A stretch of DNA of 64,000 bases from Vulcanimicrobiota bacterium (lineage in GTDB: Bacteria > Vulcanimicrobiota > Vulcanimicrobiia > Vulcanimicrobiales > Vulcanimicrobiaceae). The DNA is taken from the NCBI GenBank assembly GCA_963820825.1, contig CAWGBN010000002.1, forward strand, positions 32,001-96,000, in the 5' to 3' direction. Below, one piece after another: positions 38,710 through 49,788 of this stretch. Position 1 is the first letter of the stretch, and each line of letters opens with the position of its first letter. Both the position numbers and the translations under genes were made by a program. The notes below the pieces were generated by a model, which saw nothing but the letters and a program-made list of their open reading frames with translations, had not been told where the DNA came from and searched no databases.

Positions 38710-39455
38710 AAGCTGACCATTCCCTTTCGAGCGGAGCGAATACCGAACTCGTCGAGCGCGACGAGCCAAACGAAGCGCGGCAGCGCGAGCTGACGCCGCC
38801 ATCGCCAGGGTTCTTTAGCCAGCCGGTAGAGCCATTCCAAACCGAACCGCCGGATGACTCCCGGCGCCCGTTCGATCCGTCCGGCGACCACGTCGAACGA
38901 TCCGCCGACGCCGATGCCGGCGCCGCATCCCGTCGACGTAAGGTTCTCCGCGAGCCAATACTCCTGACGCGGCGATCCCATGCCGGCGAAGAGCAGGCGT
39001 GCGCCGCTCTCGGCAATGGCCCTCACGACCGCCGGCGTTTCGTCGTCGCGAAAGTATCCGCTTCGCGCGCCCGCGACGCGGAGCGCGGGAAGCTGCGATT
39101 GGAGCTTCGCCGCGGCCTCGGCGGCGACGCCGTCGGCACCTCCGAGAAAATAGACCGACACGCCCTGCGCCGCCGCGCCGGCGCAGAGGTGTTCGATCAA
39201 CTCGACGCCGGTCACGCGCTCGCGCAAGGACGCTCCGCGACGCTTCGCGACCGCAAGCAGGCCGACGGTGTCGCAGAGCGAGAGTGCCGACGCGTTGACG
39301 ATCGCGCGAAAGCGCGCGTCGCGCTGCGCGTGCACGACCATCTCGGTACCGAGCGTGACGATCTGCGCGCCCGCATCGCTTCGCGCGAGCTCCAAGATGC
39401 GCGCGGTCGCCTCATCCGCATCGATCGGATCGAGCCGGCAGCCCAGAATCTGCAC
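38706..39455 (-). CDS. WecB/TagA/CpsF glycosyltransferase
   Basis: RVTGVEL, GMGSPRQE, GVGGSFD, RAP, GLEWLYRL..EPWR. Confidence 0.92.
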   Translation of the reverse strand: MQILGCRLDPIDADEATARILELARSDAGAQIVTLGTEMVVHAQRDARFRAIVNASALSLCDTVGLLAVAKRRGASLRERVTGVELIEHLCAGAAAQGVSVYFLGGADGVAAEAAAKLQSQLPALRVAGARSGYFRDDETPAVVRAIAESGARLLFAGMGSPRQEYWLAENLTSTGCGAGIGVGGSFDVVAGRIERAPGVIRRFGLEWLYRLAKEPWRWRRQLALPRFVWLVALDEFGIRSARKGMVSL

Positions 39456-39459
39456 GACG

Positions 39460-40353
39460 TTACCCCGACTCCGAGCCCGCGATCAACGGCCGCAGCCGAT
39501 CGGCGATCGCTTGCGGGAGCGAATCGAGCGGCAACCGGCACTCTCCGACGTTAAAACCTAACTGACGCATCGCCCACTTCACCGGTATCGGACTCGCCGT
39601 TGCAAAGAGCGCGTCGATCAGCGGTAAGAGCGAGGCATGAATGCGCGCCGCTTCGTCGACGCGTCCTTCCCGATAGGCGTCGAGCATGCGACGATACTCC
39701 GGCGAGCAGAGGTGCGACGCGACGCCGACGACGCCGTCGGCACCGAGCGCCAGACAGGGCAGGAAGAGATGATCGTCACCGGCCCAAACGACGAACTCCT
39801 CGGCGCGATCGCGCAGCACCGTGCCGATCTGTTTGAGATCGCCGCTCGATTCTTTGACGCCGGCGACGTTACGGTGGCGGCGCGCGAGTTCGAGAAGCGT
39901 CTCGGGCAGCATATTCACGCCGGTACGCCCGGGAATGTTGTAGATCACGACCGGCAGCGCTGTCGCATCGGCGATCGCACCAAAATGCGCGAGCATCCCG
40001 CTCTGCGTCGGCTTGTTGTAATAGGGCACGACCGCGAGAAGCGCGTCGACGCCGGCGGCGGTCGCGGCTTCCACGGCGCCGACCGACTCGCGGGTGGAGT
40101 TCGTGCCGGCGTTCGCCACGACGACTGCCGAATCGCCGACGGCCTCTTTGACGGCGCGCCAGAGCGCGACGCGCTCGCCGGCGTCGAGCGTCTGGCCCTC
40201 GCCGGTCGAACCGGCAACCACGAGGCCGTCGTTTCCGCGCTCGACGAGCCAGCGCGCGAGCCGTTGCGCTTCGCGCGCGTCGAGCTCGCCGCGATCGTCG
40301 AACGGCGTCACCATCGCCGTGAGGATCGTTCCTAGTCCGGTACGCGGCGTCAT
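39460..40353 (-). CDS. dapA: 4-hydroxy-tetrahydrodipicolinate synthase
   Basis: TAMVTPF, GSTGE, PYYNKP, YNIPGRT, GVKES. Confidence 0.96.
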   Translation of the reverse strand: MTPRTGLGTILTAMVTPFDDRGELDAREAQRLARWLVERGNDGLVVAGSTGEGQTLDAGERVALWRAVKEAVGDSAVVVANAGTNSTRESVGAVEAATAAGVDALLAVVPYYNKPTQSGMLAHFGAIADATALPVVIYNIPGRTGVNMLPETLLELARRHRNVAGVKESSGDLKQIGTVLRDRAEEFVVWAGDDHLFLPCLALGADGVVGVASHLCSPEYRRMLDAYREGRVDEAARIHASLLPLIDALFATASPIPVKWAMRQLGFNVGECRLPLDSLPQAIADRLRPLIAGSESG

Positions 40354-41570
40354 ACGACGGTCTCTCCCTTATCGAGGCCAAACTTCTCGTGGACCGCGCG
40401 CTCGGCGCGGGTGACGTGATCGGCCGGAACCAGAACCGAGATCGTCATGTTGCTGTCGGTGCAGTGAATGATCTCGACGTCGGCTTGCGAGAGCACGTCG
40501 ACGATCCGATGCACGACGCCGGGCGTCCCGCGCATGCCGCTGCCGACGATCGAGAGCTTCGAGCACCCCTCGCGTACGCGCACCGCAAGATTCAAATCGC
40601 CGAGCCGCTCCCGGATCTCGTTTCCGCGGTCGCCGGCGACCACGAAGGCGACGCCGGCCTGATTGATCGTAACCTGATCGATCGAAACTCCGGCCTCGGC
40701 GAGACGGCGAAACATTTCGAGCTCGGTCTCCATACGGCGCTTCGGCGATTCGATGTCGCCGCGAATGATCCTGACCCAGGTCACCCGGCCGGTCGAAGTC
40801 ACGCCGGTAATCGGGCGTTCGTGAGTGCGATCCTCGACAAGTGTACCGCGATCGGTCCGAAGCCCCTTGACGGAGTAGCGCGTTCCGGTGCGATGCGCGT
40901 ACTCGGCGGCCTTGTCGTGCACGACCGTCGCTCCGTGATTGGCCAGCTCGGTCATCTCGCCCAGGGACGCGCGCGGGATCGTCTGCGCTTCGGGAACGCG
41001 GCGCGGATCGGCGGTCATCGCGCCGCTGACGTCGGTATAGATGTCGACGCGCTCTGCATCCAAGGCGTGTCCGATCGCGAGCGCGGAGAGATCGGTGCCG
41101 CCGCGGCCCAGCGTCGTCACGACTCCCGCGCCGGTCGCACCTTGAAATCCGGCAACGACCGGAACGATGCCGCGATCGAGCGCTTCGTGAATCGCGCGAG
41201 GCTCGACGCGCAGAATTCGCGCGTCGCCATGACGCGCATCGGTGACGATGCCGGCCTGCGCGCCGGAGAGTGCGACTGCTTCGATACCGCCGGCGGTGAG
41301 CTCGTCGGCGAAGATCGCCGCCGAGATCAGCTCGCCGGCCGAGAGTAGCAGATCGGCATTCGCGCTGCCGCTTCGCTCGCCGACGAGCCCGAGCAGCGTA
41401 TCGGTTGCGTAGGGATCGGGAGGACGGCCGATCGCCGAAACGACCGCGACCGTCGCGAAGCCCGCCTCGCGCGCGTCGCGAATGCGCTGATAGGCGATCG
41501 CGCGCTCCGCCCGGTTGGCAACCGAGGTTCCGCCGAACTTGAGCACGGCGATTCGCTGCGTCGCGCTCAT
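40350..41570 (-). CDS. Aspartate kinase
   Basis: KFGGTSV, VVSAIG, VAGFQG, TLGRGGTD, TADPR; ACT domains. Confidence 0.94.
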   Translation of the reverse strand: MSATQRIAVLKFGGTSVANRAERAIAYQRIRDAREAGFATVAVVSAIGRPPDPYATDTLLGLVGERSGSANADLLLSAGELISAAIFADELTAGGIEAVALSGAQAGIVTDARHGDARILRVEPRAIHEALDRGIVPVVAGFQGATGAGVVTTLGRGGTDLSALAIGHALDAERVDIYTDVSGAMTADPRRVPEAQTIPRASLGEMTELANHGATVVHDKAAEYAHRTGTRYSVKGLRTDRGTLVEDRTHERPITGVTSTGRVTWVRIIRGDIESPKRRMETELEMFRRLAEAGVSIDQVTINQAGVAFVVAGDRGNEIRERLGDLNLAVRVREGCSKLSIVGSGMRGTPGVVHRIVDVLSQADVEIIHCTDSNMTISVLVPADHVTRAERAVHEKFGLDKGETVV

Positions 41571-42562
41571 GCCGCGACGTACCCTTTTCGAAGCAATAGC
41601 TCGAGGATCTGCACGGCATTCGTCGCCGCGCCGCGGCGCAGTTGATCGCCCACGCACCAGAGCGCGAAGTGCCGCTCGTCGCCGTCGCGGCGAAGACGCG
41701 CGACGTGAACGTCGTCGCTTCCCTCGACCTCGCGCGGCGTCACGATGCCGTCGGAATGAAAGACGATCCCCGGCGCGGCCGCGAATGCCGCCGCCAACTC
41801 CGCGACGCTCGTAGGACGCTGCGTTTCGAGAAAGACCGCTTCGCTATGGGCGGTGAGAACGGGAACGCGCACGGCCGTGACGCTTACGTGCAACTCGGGA
41901 AGGTCGAGCAGCTTCCGGGTCTCGTCGCGCACCTTGCGCTCTTCGCCGCTCCAGCCCGATTCATCGAAAGCACCGATCTGCGGAACGACGTTGCGCGCCA
42001 GCGGACGCGAGAAGACCGCGGCCGGCGGCTCCGGTTCACCGCGCGCGAGCGCGCCTTCACCGGCCCAGAGCTCCTCGAGTCCCGGGCGACCGGCACCGCT
42101 TGCGGCCTGATAGGTCGCCACGCGAACCGATCGTAATCCGGCGACGTCGCGAACCGGACGCAGTGCCGTGCAGAGCACGATCGCGGTACAATTCGCGACC
42201 GGAAAGAGGCGATGCTCGGCGCGAAGCACGCCCGCGTTCACGTCGGGCACGATCAGCGGCACGTCCCGGCGCATGCGGAAGGTCGCGCTATTATCGATCA
42301 CGATCGATCCGCCTTGAAGCAGCGCCGGCGCGTAGCGCTCGCTGGCGTCCTCACCGCCGGCAAAGAAGACGACGTCGAATCCGCGTAGCGCATCGTCGGA
42401 GGCAGCGCGAACCTCGAGCGGTGCACCGCGAAAGCGAATCGCTTCCGCGCGGGCGCGCGATGCAAACGGGGCGAGCTGCACGATCGGCAGATCGCGTTCT
42501 TCGAGCAGGCGTAGAATCGTTTCGCCGACCGCGCCCGTCGCGCCGACGACGGCGACGTTCAC
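41567..42562 (-). CDS. asd: Aspartate-semialdehyde dehydrogenase
   Basis: VGATGAVG, DNSATFR, ANCT, TYQAASGAG, RVPV..AHS, DQLRRGAA. Confidence 0.95.
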   Translation of the reverse strand: MNVAVVGATGAVGETILRLLEERDLPIVQLAPFASRARAEAIRFRGAPLEVRAASDDALRGFDVVFFAGGEDASERYAPALLQGGSIVIDNSATFRMRRDVPLIVPDVNAGVLRAEHRLFPVANCTAIVLCTALRPVRDVAGLRSVRVATYQAASGAGRPGLEELWAGEGALARGEPEPPAAVFSRPLARNVVPQIGAFDESGWSGEERKVRDETRKLLDLPELHVSVTAVRVPVLTAHSEAVFLETQRPTSVAELAAAFAAAPGIVFHSDGIVTPREVEGSDDVHVARLRRDGDERHFALWCVGDQLRRGAATNAVQILELLLRKGYVAA

Positions 42563-43263
42563 GTGCCGGTCTCCAGAATCGACTCGAGCCCGATCGTCAA
42601 ACCGCGCCGTTGCACCGCGGCGCGCACCGCGGCGAGCATTCCGGCAACGAACGATTCGCGAGTGAACGAATCGTGGCGAATGGTCAGCAGCTCGCCCGGT
42701 CCGCCGAAGAGCACCTCGTGATGCGCGAGCAGGCCGGTCAGCCGCACGCTATGAATCGCCGGCGCTGCGCCGGTGACGCGCTCGATTCGCGCCTCGAGCT
42801 CGCGCGCCGTTCCCGACGGTTTGTCTTTCTTTGCGGCGTGATGGAGCTCGACGATCTCCGCATCGGGAAAGAACCGCGCCGCCTCTTGGGCGAAGCGCAT
42901 CATCAACATCGCGCCGAGCGAGAAGTTCGGTACCAGGATCGCGCCGACGCCGCGATCTTCGGCGATCGTACGCAGGGCGTCGCGCTGCTCGTCGCTCCAC
43001 CCGCTTGCGCCGATCACGACGCAGCAGCCGCGTTCCACCGCGGCAAGCGAAATCTCGTAACTTGCCGGCTGCGTCGTCAGATCGAGAATGACGTCGGGCT
43101 TACGCGCGAGCACCGCATCGAGCGAATCGAGGACGTCGAGCTCGGGAACGCTTGCACGCGCGAGACCGCAACAATACTCCCCGCTGCCTTGCAACGCTTC
43201 GCGTGCGACCGTACCCATACGGCCGAGCGCACCCGCAACCGCAACTCGTAATTGTTGAGCCAC
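42559..43263 (-). CDS. dapB: 4-hydroxy-tetrahydrodipicolinate reductase
   Basis: GALGRMG, PNFSLG, ELHH..KKDKPSGTA, HSVR. Confidence 0.95.
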   Translation of the reverse strand: MAQQLRVAVAGALGRMGTVAREALQGSGEYCCGLARASVPELDVLDSLDAVLARKPDVILDLTTQPASYEISLAAVERGCCVVIGASGWSDEQRDALRTIAEDRGVGAILVPNFSLGAMLMMRFAQEAARFFPDAEIVELHHAAKKDKPSGTARELEARIERVTGAAPAIHSVRLTGLLAHHEVLFGGPGELLTIRHDSFTRESFVAGMLAAVRAAVQRRGLTIGLESILETGT

Positions 43264-43290
43264 CCTGTTCCTTAGCCGGGGATGACGGCG

Positions 43291-45453
43291 CTAAATTTTC
43301 TCGAGCGGCGCGTACTTGAGCATGAGCATTTTCTGCCCAACGTTCGGAAAGTCGATCGTCACGAGCCCGTCGCCGCCCGCCCCGACGATGCCGTCGATCC
43401 GTCCTTCGCCCCATTTTGGATGGCGTACGCGATCGCCGGCCTTGAGGCCGAGATGAACGCCCGCGCCGGCCGATTCGTGGATCGCGACCTCGCGCCAGCG
43501 ACCGCCCGAGGGTCGCGGAAGCGGCACGCTCCCGCTCTCGAGGATCTCGAGCGAGGGAATCTCTTCGAGAAAGCGCGACTTCGGATAGGCGTACGTGTTT
43601 CCGAAGAGCGCGCGCCGCGCCGCGTAGGTCAGGAAGATCCGCTCGATGGCGCGGGTGATGCCGACGTAGGCGAGCCGGCGTTCCTCTTCCAACTCGGCGG
43701 GCTCGGTGAGCGTGCGGCTGTGCGGGAAGACGCCCTCTTCGAGTCCGGTGAGAAAGACGCTCGGGAACTCCAAGCCCTTGGCACTGTGCAGCGTCATGAG
43801 CGTGACGTACGATGCGTCGTCGTCGAGCGAATCGAGATCGCTGACGAGCGCGATGTTGGCAAGAAATCCGGCGAGCGAGGGCGCGTCGTCGTTCGCTTCG
43901 TATTCGCGCGCCACGCCGACGAGCTCGGAGAGATTCTCGAGCCGCGCGCGGGCTTCGTGCGTATCCTCGGCTTGCAGTTCGCGGACGTATCCGGAGCGTT
44001 CCATCACCGCGACGAGCACGTCGGCGACGCCGCCGGTCTCGGCGATGCGGCGCAGCTCGTTGATGAGCTCGGCGAAACGCTCGAGCTCCTTGAGCTTCTT
44101 CGGCACCGCCGCGCGCAAGAGGTCGCTGCTGAAGATTGCCTCGCCCACGGAGACGCGCGACGCATTTGCCGCCTGCACTAACGCTGCGAGGGTCTGCTGC
44201 CCGATGCCGCGGCGCGGCACGTTGACGATTCGCTTGAAAGCGAGTGCGTCGGACGAGTTCACGATATAGCGCAGATAGGCGACGACGTCTTTGATTTCGG
44301 TTCGCGCGTAGAACCCGACGCCGCCGACGACGCGGTAGGGAATACCTTCGGCGAGCAGCGCCTCTTCGAAGACGCGCGATTGGGCGTTGGTGCGATAGAG
44401 GACGACGAAGTCGCGATAGGCCGCGCCGTCGCGAACCATGCTCTTGACCTTCTCGACGACGTAGCGTGCTTCGTCGCGCTCGGTCGCAGCCGGATAGACC
44501 GTGATCGCCTCGCCCTCACCGCGCGAGGTGAAGAGGCGCTTGGGCGCGCGAGAACGATTGTTGGCGACCAGACTATTCGCCGCTTCGAGAATGCGTCCGG
44601 TGCTGCGATAGTTCTCTTCGAGCTTGAAGGTCTTGGCGCCGGGGAAGTCCTCCTCGAAGCGCAGGATCATCCGGTAGTCGCTGCCGCGCCACGAATAGAT
44701 CGACTGGTCGTCGTCGCCGACGACGGTCACGTTGCCGTGATAGCCGCCGAGCAACGCGATTAGCCGGTATTGGGCCGCGTTGACGTCCTGATACTCGTCG
44801 ACCAGCACGTATTCGAAGCGGTGCTGGTATTTTTCGCGGGTCTCTTTGTCGCGCTCGAGCAGATCGATCGTGCGAACGATCAGATCGTCGAAGTCCAGTG
44901 AGTTCGACTCGGCGAGACGGCGCTGATATTCGGTGTAGACGTTGGCGATGCGCTCGCCGGCGAAGGACGTTTGGCTCTCGGCGTATTGCTCCGGCCAGAT
45001 CAAAGCGTTCTTGGCTTTGTCGATCTCGGCCAGACAGGCGCTGGGCGCAAGATGGCGCTCGTCGTAGTCGAGATCGTCGAGGATCTCTTTGACGAGTTGG
45101 CGCTGATCGGTGTCGTCGATGATCGCAAAGCTACGTCCGATGCCGATGCGCGATCCGTCGCGGCGCAGAATGCGCACGCACATCGAATGAAACGTTCCAA
45201 CCCAAAGATCGCGCGCGACCGCTCCTACCATCGTCTGCAAGCGCGATTTCATTTCGCCGGCCGCTTTGTTCGTAAAGGTTACGGCGAGAATGCGCTCGGG
45301 CGCGACGCGCAAATCGTCGAGAAGGTGGGCGATGCGATGCGTTAAAACTCGCGTCTTCCCGCTCCCGGCACCGGCAAAAATCAACACCGGACCATCGGTC
45401 TGCCGAACGGCGGCGGATTGCGCGTCGTTGAGAATTTCCGTTTCCAGGAGCAT
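43291..45453 (-). CDS. pcrA: ATP-dependent DNA helicase PcrA/UvrD
   Basis: AGAGSGKT, TFTNKAA, DEYQD, GDDDQSIY, NYRS, HSAKGLEF, EERRLAYVGITRA; C-terminal Tudor-like domain. Confidence 0.96.
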   Translation of the reverse strand: MLLETEILNDAQSAAVRQTDGPVLIFAGAGSGKTRVLTHRIAHLLDDLRVAPERILAVTFTNKAAGEMKSRLQTMVGAVARDLWVGTFHSMCVRILRRDGSRIGIGRSFAIIDDTDQRQLVKEILDDLDYDERHLAPSACLAEIDKAKNALIWPEQYAESQTSFAGERIANVYTEYQRRLAESNSLDFDDLIVRTIDLLERDKETREKYQHRFEYVLVDEYQDVNAAQYRLIALLGGYHGNVTVVGDDDQSIYSWRGSDYRMILRFEEDFPGAKTFKLEENYRSTGRILEAANSLVANNRSRAPKRLFTSRGEGEAITVYPAATERDEARYVVEKVKSMVRDGAAYRDFVVLYRTNAQSRVFEEALLAEGIPYRVVGGVGFYARTEIKDVVAYLRYIVNSSDALAFKRIVNVPRRGIGQQTLAALVQAANASRVSVGEAIFSSDLLRAAVPKKLKELERFAELINELRRIAETGGVADVLVAVMERSGYVRELQAEDTHEARARLENLSELVGVAREYEANDDAPSLAGFLANIALVSDLDSLDDDASYVTLMTLHSAKGLEFPSVFLTGLEEGVFPHSRTLTEPAELEEERRLAYVGITRAIERIFLTYAARRALFGNTYAYPKSRFLEEIPSLEILESGSVPLPRPSGGRWREVAIHESAGAGVHLGLKAGDRVRHPKWGEGRIDGIVGAGGDGLVTIDFPNVGQKMLMLKYAPLEKI

Positions 45454-45513
45454 TTCATAGCGTTTCGCCGAGGGGCTCGCCCCGGCCTGTGCTCGGCGTG
45501 CATCCGAACCGGA

Positions 45514-45546
45514 GCCTGTCCTGAGCGAGCGGAGCGAGCCGAAGGA
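45514..45546 (+). repeat. Variant copy of the REP-like repeat
   Basis: GCCTGTCCTGAGCGAGCGGAGCGAGCCGAAGGA resembles the 49071 copy. Confidence 0.5.
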
Positions 45547-45567
45547 TGCGACGTTTGGCGCAGGTGC

Positions 45568-46640
45568 TTAGCGCACGGCGCGAAGCACCCGAGCTCGGCG
45601 AGCGGCCATCGCATAGGCTGCCGCGAGCAGCGCCAGCGTCGATTCGGCGCCCATATTGCGATTGACGGCCGCTTCGTCCAGGCCGTCGTAGCATCCGCCG
45701 CCGTTGCGCCATCATCTCGCGCCCGCGAGTTCTTGCCGTAGTACCAATGCCAGGCCAAGCTCGGCCATAGCCACGTGGCCGGCTTCGCCGGTCGCGATCG
45801 AAGGCGGCGAGCTCGGCGTCGACCAGCGCGCACGCCTCGAGCGGCTGCTGCGTGTACCGCGCACGCGTGGCCGCCGCGTGGTACCAGCCGTCGTTCCCGA
45901 TCGGTACGAAGATGCCGTCTTCGATCGTCACGCCCTCGTAAAATGCGCAGCGTCGCGATTCCGGCGTCGCCGTAGCGCGGCGTCTCCGAGGACGTGCCCG
46001 GCCCGAATCAGCGCTTCGGGCAGGCGCGCGTTGTCGTAGGTCATGACGTTCTCGAACCATCGCCACTCGTCGGGTCGCCGTCGCTTCGTAGGCGCCGAGC
46101 GAATCTCATCGGCGAGGTAACGCAGCGACTCGGCGTACTTCGGTTCGTCGAGCGCCCCCTGCGCGTGCGCGAAGCCGATCGCGGCGTAGGCGCGCGAGCG
46201 AATGTACTCAAGTTCCGTCAGCGAGGGTACCGATCGATCGAGCAGCGTGCGCGCAGACGCGCCGCCACGTCTCGGTCGGCGCGTTGGCGGCGCCGTACCC
46301 GAGCGCCCACATCGCCCGTCCGCAGCTATCGTGCGTTCCGACCTCGTCGAGCCAGGTGCGGTCGTAACTCATGAAGTTGTGGAAGCGGCCGTCGTCGAGC
46401 TGCGCGTGCTGCAGGAATGCGAGATACGTTGAGGCCAGCCGCTGACCCACGCTTGTCGCGAGGGATTCAGGCGCGCAGTGTGCGAGCACGACCATAAAGG
46501 CGCGCGCTACGTCGTCGGTGCAGTATCCGAATCGCGCGATTGGGCACGTTCTCGCTGCGCGTGCTGCATGATGCCGATGTCGTCGGACAGCACGGCGACG
46601 TGATCGAGCGGCGGCAGCGGCGCGCCGTGCGGGCTTTGGA
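45568..46640 (-). CDS. Glycosidase-like partner of the GT4 gene (multiple frameshifts; start uncertain)
   Basis: Fragments LDHVAVLSDDIGIMQHA, GYCTDDVARA, GRFHNFMSY, DSCGRAMWALG, FVPIGNDGWY, QQPLEA, GAESTLA. Confidence 0.7.
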
Positions 46641-46646
46641 AGTTCC

Positions 46647-47828
46647 CTAGGCAGACGACACCAGTTCGAGCGAGTCCGGCGGCGACAGAGCTCGTCGAAC
46701 AGCGTTGCCGTATTCGACGGCGACGTGCGGCCACGTCATTTGCCGGCCGAAACGATACGCGCGGCGTTCGGTCGCGCGCCGCAGGGCCGGATCGTCGAGC
46801 AGCATGTTCAGTCCCGCCGCGATCGAGGCCGCGTCGCGGAACTCGCACAGGAATCCGCGGTTGTGCGCGAGCAGTTCCTGCGCGTAGAGGTACGGCGTCG
46901 AAACGATCGCCTTGCCGCAGCCGACGGCATACGCCAGCGTGCCGCTGACGATCTGCGCCGGGTTGAGGTACGGCGTGAGGTAGATGTCGGTTGCGGCGAG
47001 ATAGCTCACGAGTTCGTCGAAGTCGAGGTATTTGTCGACGAGCTGCACGTTGTAGTGCAGGCCGTACTCGCGGACCATCTGCTTGCAGCGATTCGCGATA
47101 CGACTCGCCTTCCCGCCGGCGCACGACCGGATGCGTCTCGCCTAAAATGAGGTAGAGCGCTTCGGGATGACGCTTGACGACGCTCGCGCATCGCTTCGAT
47201 CGCGTATTCCAGACCCTTGCCGCGGCTGATCAGCCCGAAGGTCGAGATCACGGTTCGCTGACCGATGCCGAACGACGCTTTCGCTGCGTGACGGTGTCTT
47301 GAAACGGCACGTCGGGCACACCGTGATGGATCGTCTCGAAGCGTCGCGGGTCGATGCCGTAGACGCTTTCGAGCAGACCGCGTCCGGTTTCGGAAAGCGC
47401 GACGACCTTGCGCCGCGTTTTCGCAGAGCTCGCGGGTGACGCGCAGCATGGTTTCGTCGGGCTCGGGCAGCACGGTGTGCATCGTCACGACGACCGGCTT
47501 TTCGAGCGCGCGCATGAAATCGACGAGCCACTCGCCGCGTTCGCCGCCGAAGAGCCCGTACTCGTGCTGAACGTTGACGAGATCGACCGGATTCCGTTGA
47601 CGAAGTCGCGCGGCTGCCGTAGCTGGAGCGATCTTCTTCCGCGATGCGGCCGACGACTTCGGGACCGATAGCGGCGCATCTCGGCGCCCGGCTCGTCGAT
47701 GGCGATGACCTGGACTCGAGACGCCGAAGGCGCGATCGTACGAGTCGACGACGTCCTTGGTAAACGTGGCAATCCCGCACTCACGCGGGTGGATACGAAC
47801 CCAAGAATAACGCGCGCGGCGGCAACAT
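46647..47828 (-). CDS. GT4-family glycosyltransferase (frameshifted)
   Basis: LGSYPPRECGIATFT, QHEYGLFGG, TFGLISRGKGLEY, TPYLNPAQIVSGTL, STPY. Confidence 0.85.
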
Positions 47829-47908
47829 GTCGGCGATGGACTCCCTTCCACTTATTGAACTTCAGTGTACCCGCCGCAAAGATGCGAGGTAAACCGAACG
47901 TCCGCTTG

Positions 47909-49002
47909 CTAGCCTGCGTGCTTTTTCGGCGGCGAGGGCCCAGGCGAGCCCCTGCTTCCAAGACCGGCGCCCGGATCGATGGTTACGTCGTGCCCGATTA
48001 CGCTGCCCTTGGCGACGTGCGCCTTCCGGGCCGATGGTCACTCCGCTGGCGACGATCGCTTCTCTATATGGCGCCGGCGCCGACGCTGACGCGCTCCCAC
48101 AGCACCGATTCGCGGACGACGGCGCTCGCGCCGACGCTGCAGCCCTGCCCGAGGACGACGTTCGGCCCGATCTGTGGCGCTCGCATCGACGACGACGTCG
48201 TCGGCGGCGTGGACCGGCGGGATCACGCCGGGATGGCCGCTGCAGGGCCGTCGCCGCCGTCGCCGGTGAGCCCCGGCTCGAGCTTGAGCGGCATCGCGCC
48301 GCTGAGCATGTCGCGGTGGGCGGCAAGATACTGTTCGGGCCGGCCGAGATCGATCCAGTAGTCGCTGGTGGTGTAGGCGTAGAGCGCTTTCCCGTCTGCG
48401 ATGACCTCGCGGAAACGTTCGCGCTCGATCGAGACGTTGCGTCCCGGCGGGATGCCTTCGAGGATCTCGAGTTCGAGCAGGTACGTGCCGGCGTTGATTT
48501 CGTTGGTCGGCTCCTGCCTTCCGGCGGCTTCTCGACGAACGCGCTGACTGCGGCCGTTGGCGTCGTGGACGACGCAGCCGAACGCCGACGGATCGTCGAC
48601 CGGGATGAGATGCAGCGTGCCGATGCCGCCCTTCTCTTCGTGGATACTCGCAGCATCGCGCGCAGGTCGAGGCTCGTGAGCATGTCGCCGTTGAGCACGA
48701 AGAATGGTCCGGTAATGTGCTGCTCGACGTTCTTGATCGCGCCGGCCGTGCCGAGCGGCGTCTCCTCGATCACGTAGGTGATCTTCATGTCGAGCCGCGA
48801 CGCCGTCGCCGAAGTAATCGACGATCGCCTGCGGCATGTAGCCGGCCGGCAGAATCACGTCGCGGATCCCCGCCTCGTACAGCCGCTCCATCGTGCGGGC
48901 GAGGAACGGCACGTTCATGATCGGCACCATCGGCTTCGGCGTGCCGTAGGTCAGCGGCCGCAGCCGCGTCCCCTCGCCGCCGACCAGAACGATCGCCTGC
49001 AT
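47909..49002 (-). CDS. NDP-sugar synthase/mannose-1-P guanylyltransferase (frameshifted)
   Basis: LVGGEGTRLRPLT..PKP, PLGTAGAIKN, NGDML, FVEKP, INAGTY, WIDLG spread over three frames. Confidence 0.85.
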
Positions 49003-49070
49003 CTCGCAATAGGTTTTCTACGGCATTGCCGGCCGCCTTTCGCCGCCACGGCGCCCTGGGCCGAACGTGG

Positions 49071-49130
49071 TGTCATCCTGAGCGAAGCGAGCGCAGCGAG
49101 CGGAGTCGAAGGACCGAGCTTGTCGAAGGA
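49071..49130 (+). repeat. REP-like dispersed repeat
   Basis: TGTCATCCTGAGCGAAGCGAGCGCAGCGAGCGGAGTCGAAGGA plus a second GTCGAAGGA at 49122-49130. Confidence 0.65.
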
Positions 49131-49191
49131 TGCGCATCGCGTCTATGCACGGTGCCATACAGTTGGCACCGCGTTTCCTTAGCATTAGCGC

Positions 49192-49788
49192 ATGGCAAAG
49201 AAACGATACGATTGGAACGCGGTGCAAGCATATCACGATGCCGGGCACGGCTTTGTCGAGTGCTCAAAGCAGTTTGGATTCACGCATACGGCTTGGATCA
49301 AGGCGATTAGACGCGGCGCGTTGAGCCTCGAGCCGTCGCTGTTCCGTGATCGCCGTAGGAAATATAACTGGTCGGACGTGCAAGCGTACTACGATGCCGG
49401 CTTCAGTTACCAACAGACCAAGAATCGATTTGGATTCTGTAATGCGGCATGGACAAAGGCCGTGCTACGCCGCGAAATTAGACCGCGTAACGCAGCAAAG
49501 TCGATCGACGCAGTATTAGGCTCGAGATCTTCGCGATGGCTCAAGAAGGCAAAGCTGCTTCGAGAAAGGCACCTTTCGAACGAGTGCTCCGTTTGTGGGA
49601 TAACCGAGTGGCGCGGCCAGCGTCTAGCAATCCAAATCGATCACATTAACGGCGTCAAGAATGATTGGCGCATCGAAAACCTCCGAATGCTATGCCCCAA
49701 CTGCCATAGCCAGACTCCAACATACGGCGGGCTCAATGCCAGGCGGGTCCGGCTGGTTGCAAGAACCGACGCGCTCATTGTAGTATAA
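49192..49788 (+). CDS. HNH endonuclease with duplicated N-terminal helical repeat
   Basis: CSVCG..EW.G..L.IQIDHING..ND.RIENLRMLCPNCHSQT; two ~40-aa N-terminal repeats. Confidence 0.9.
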   Translation: MAKKRYDWNAVQAYHDAGHGFVECSKQFGFTHTAWIKAIRRGALSLEPSLFRDRRRKYNWSDVQAYYDAGFSYQQTKNRFGFCNAAWTKAVLRREIRPRNAAKSIDAVLGSRSSRWLKKAKLLRERHLSNECSVCGITEWRGQRLAIQIDHINGVKNDWRIENLRMLCPNCHSQTPTYGGLNARRVRLVARTDALIVV

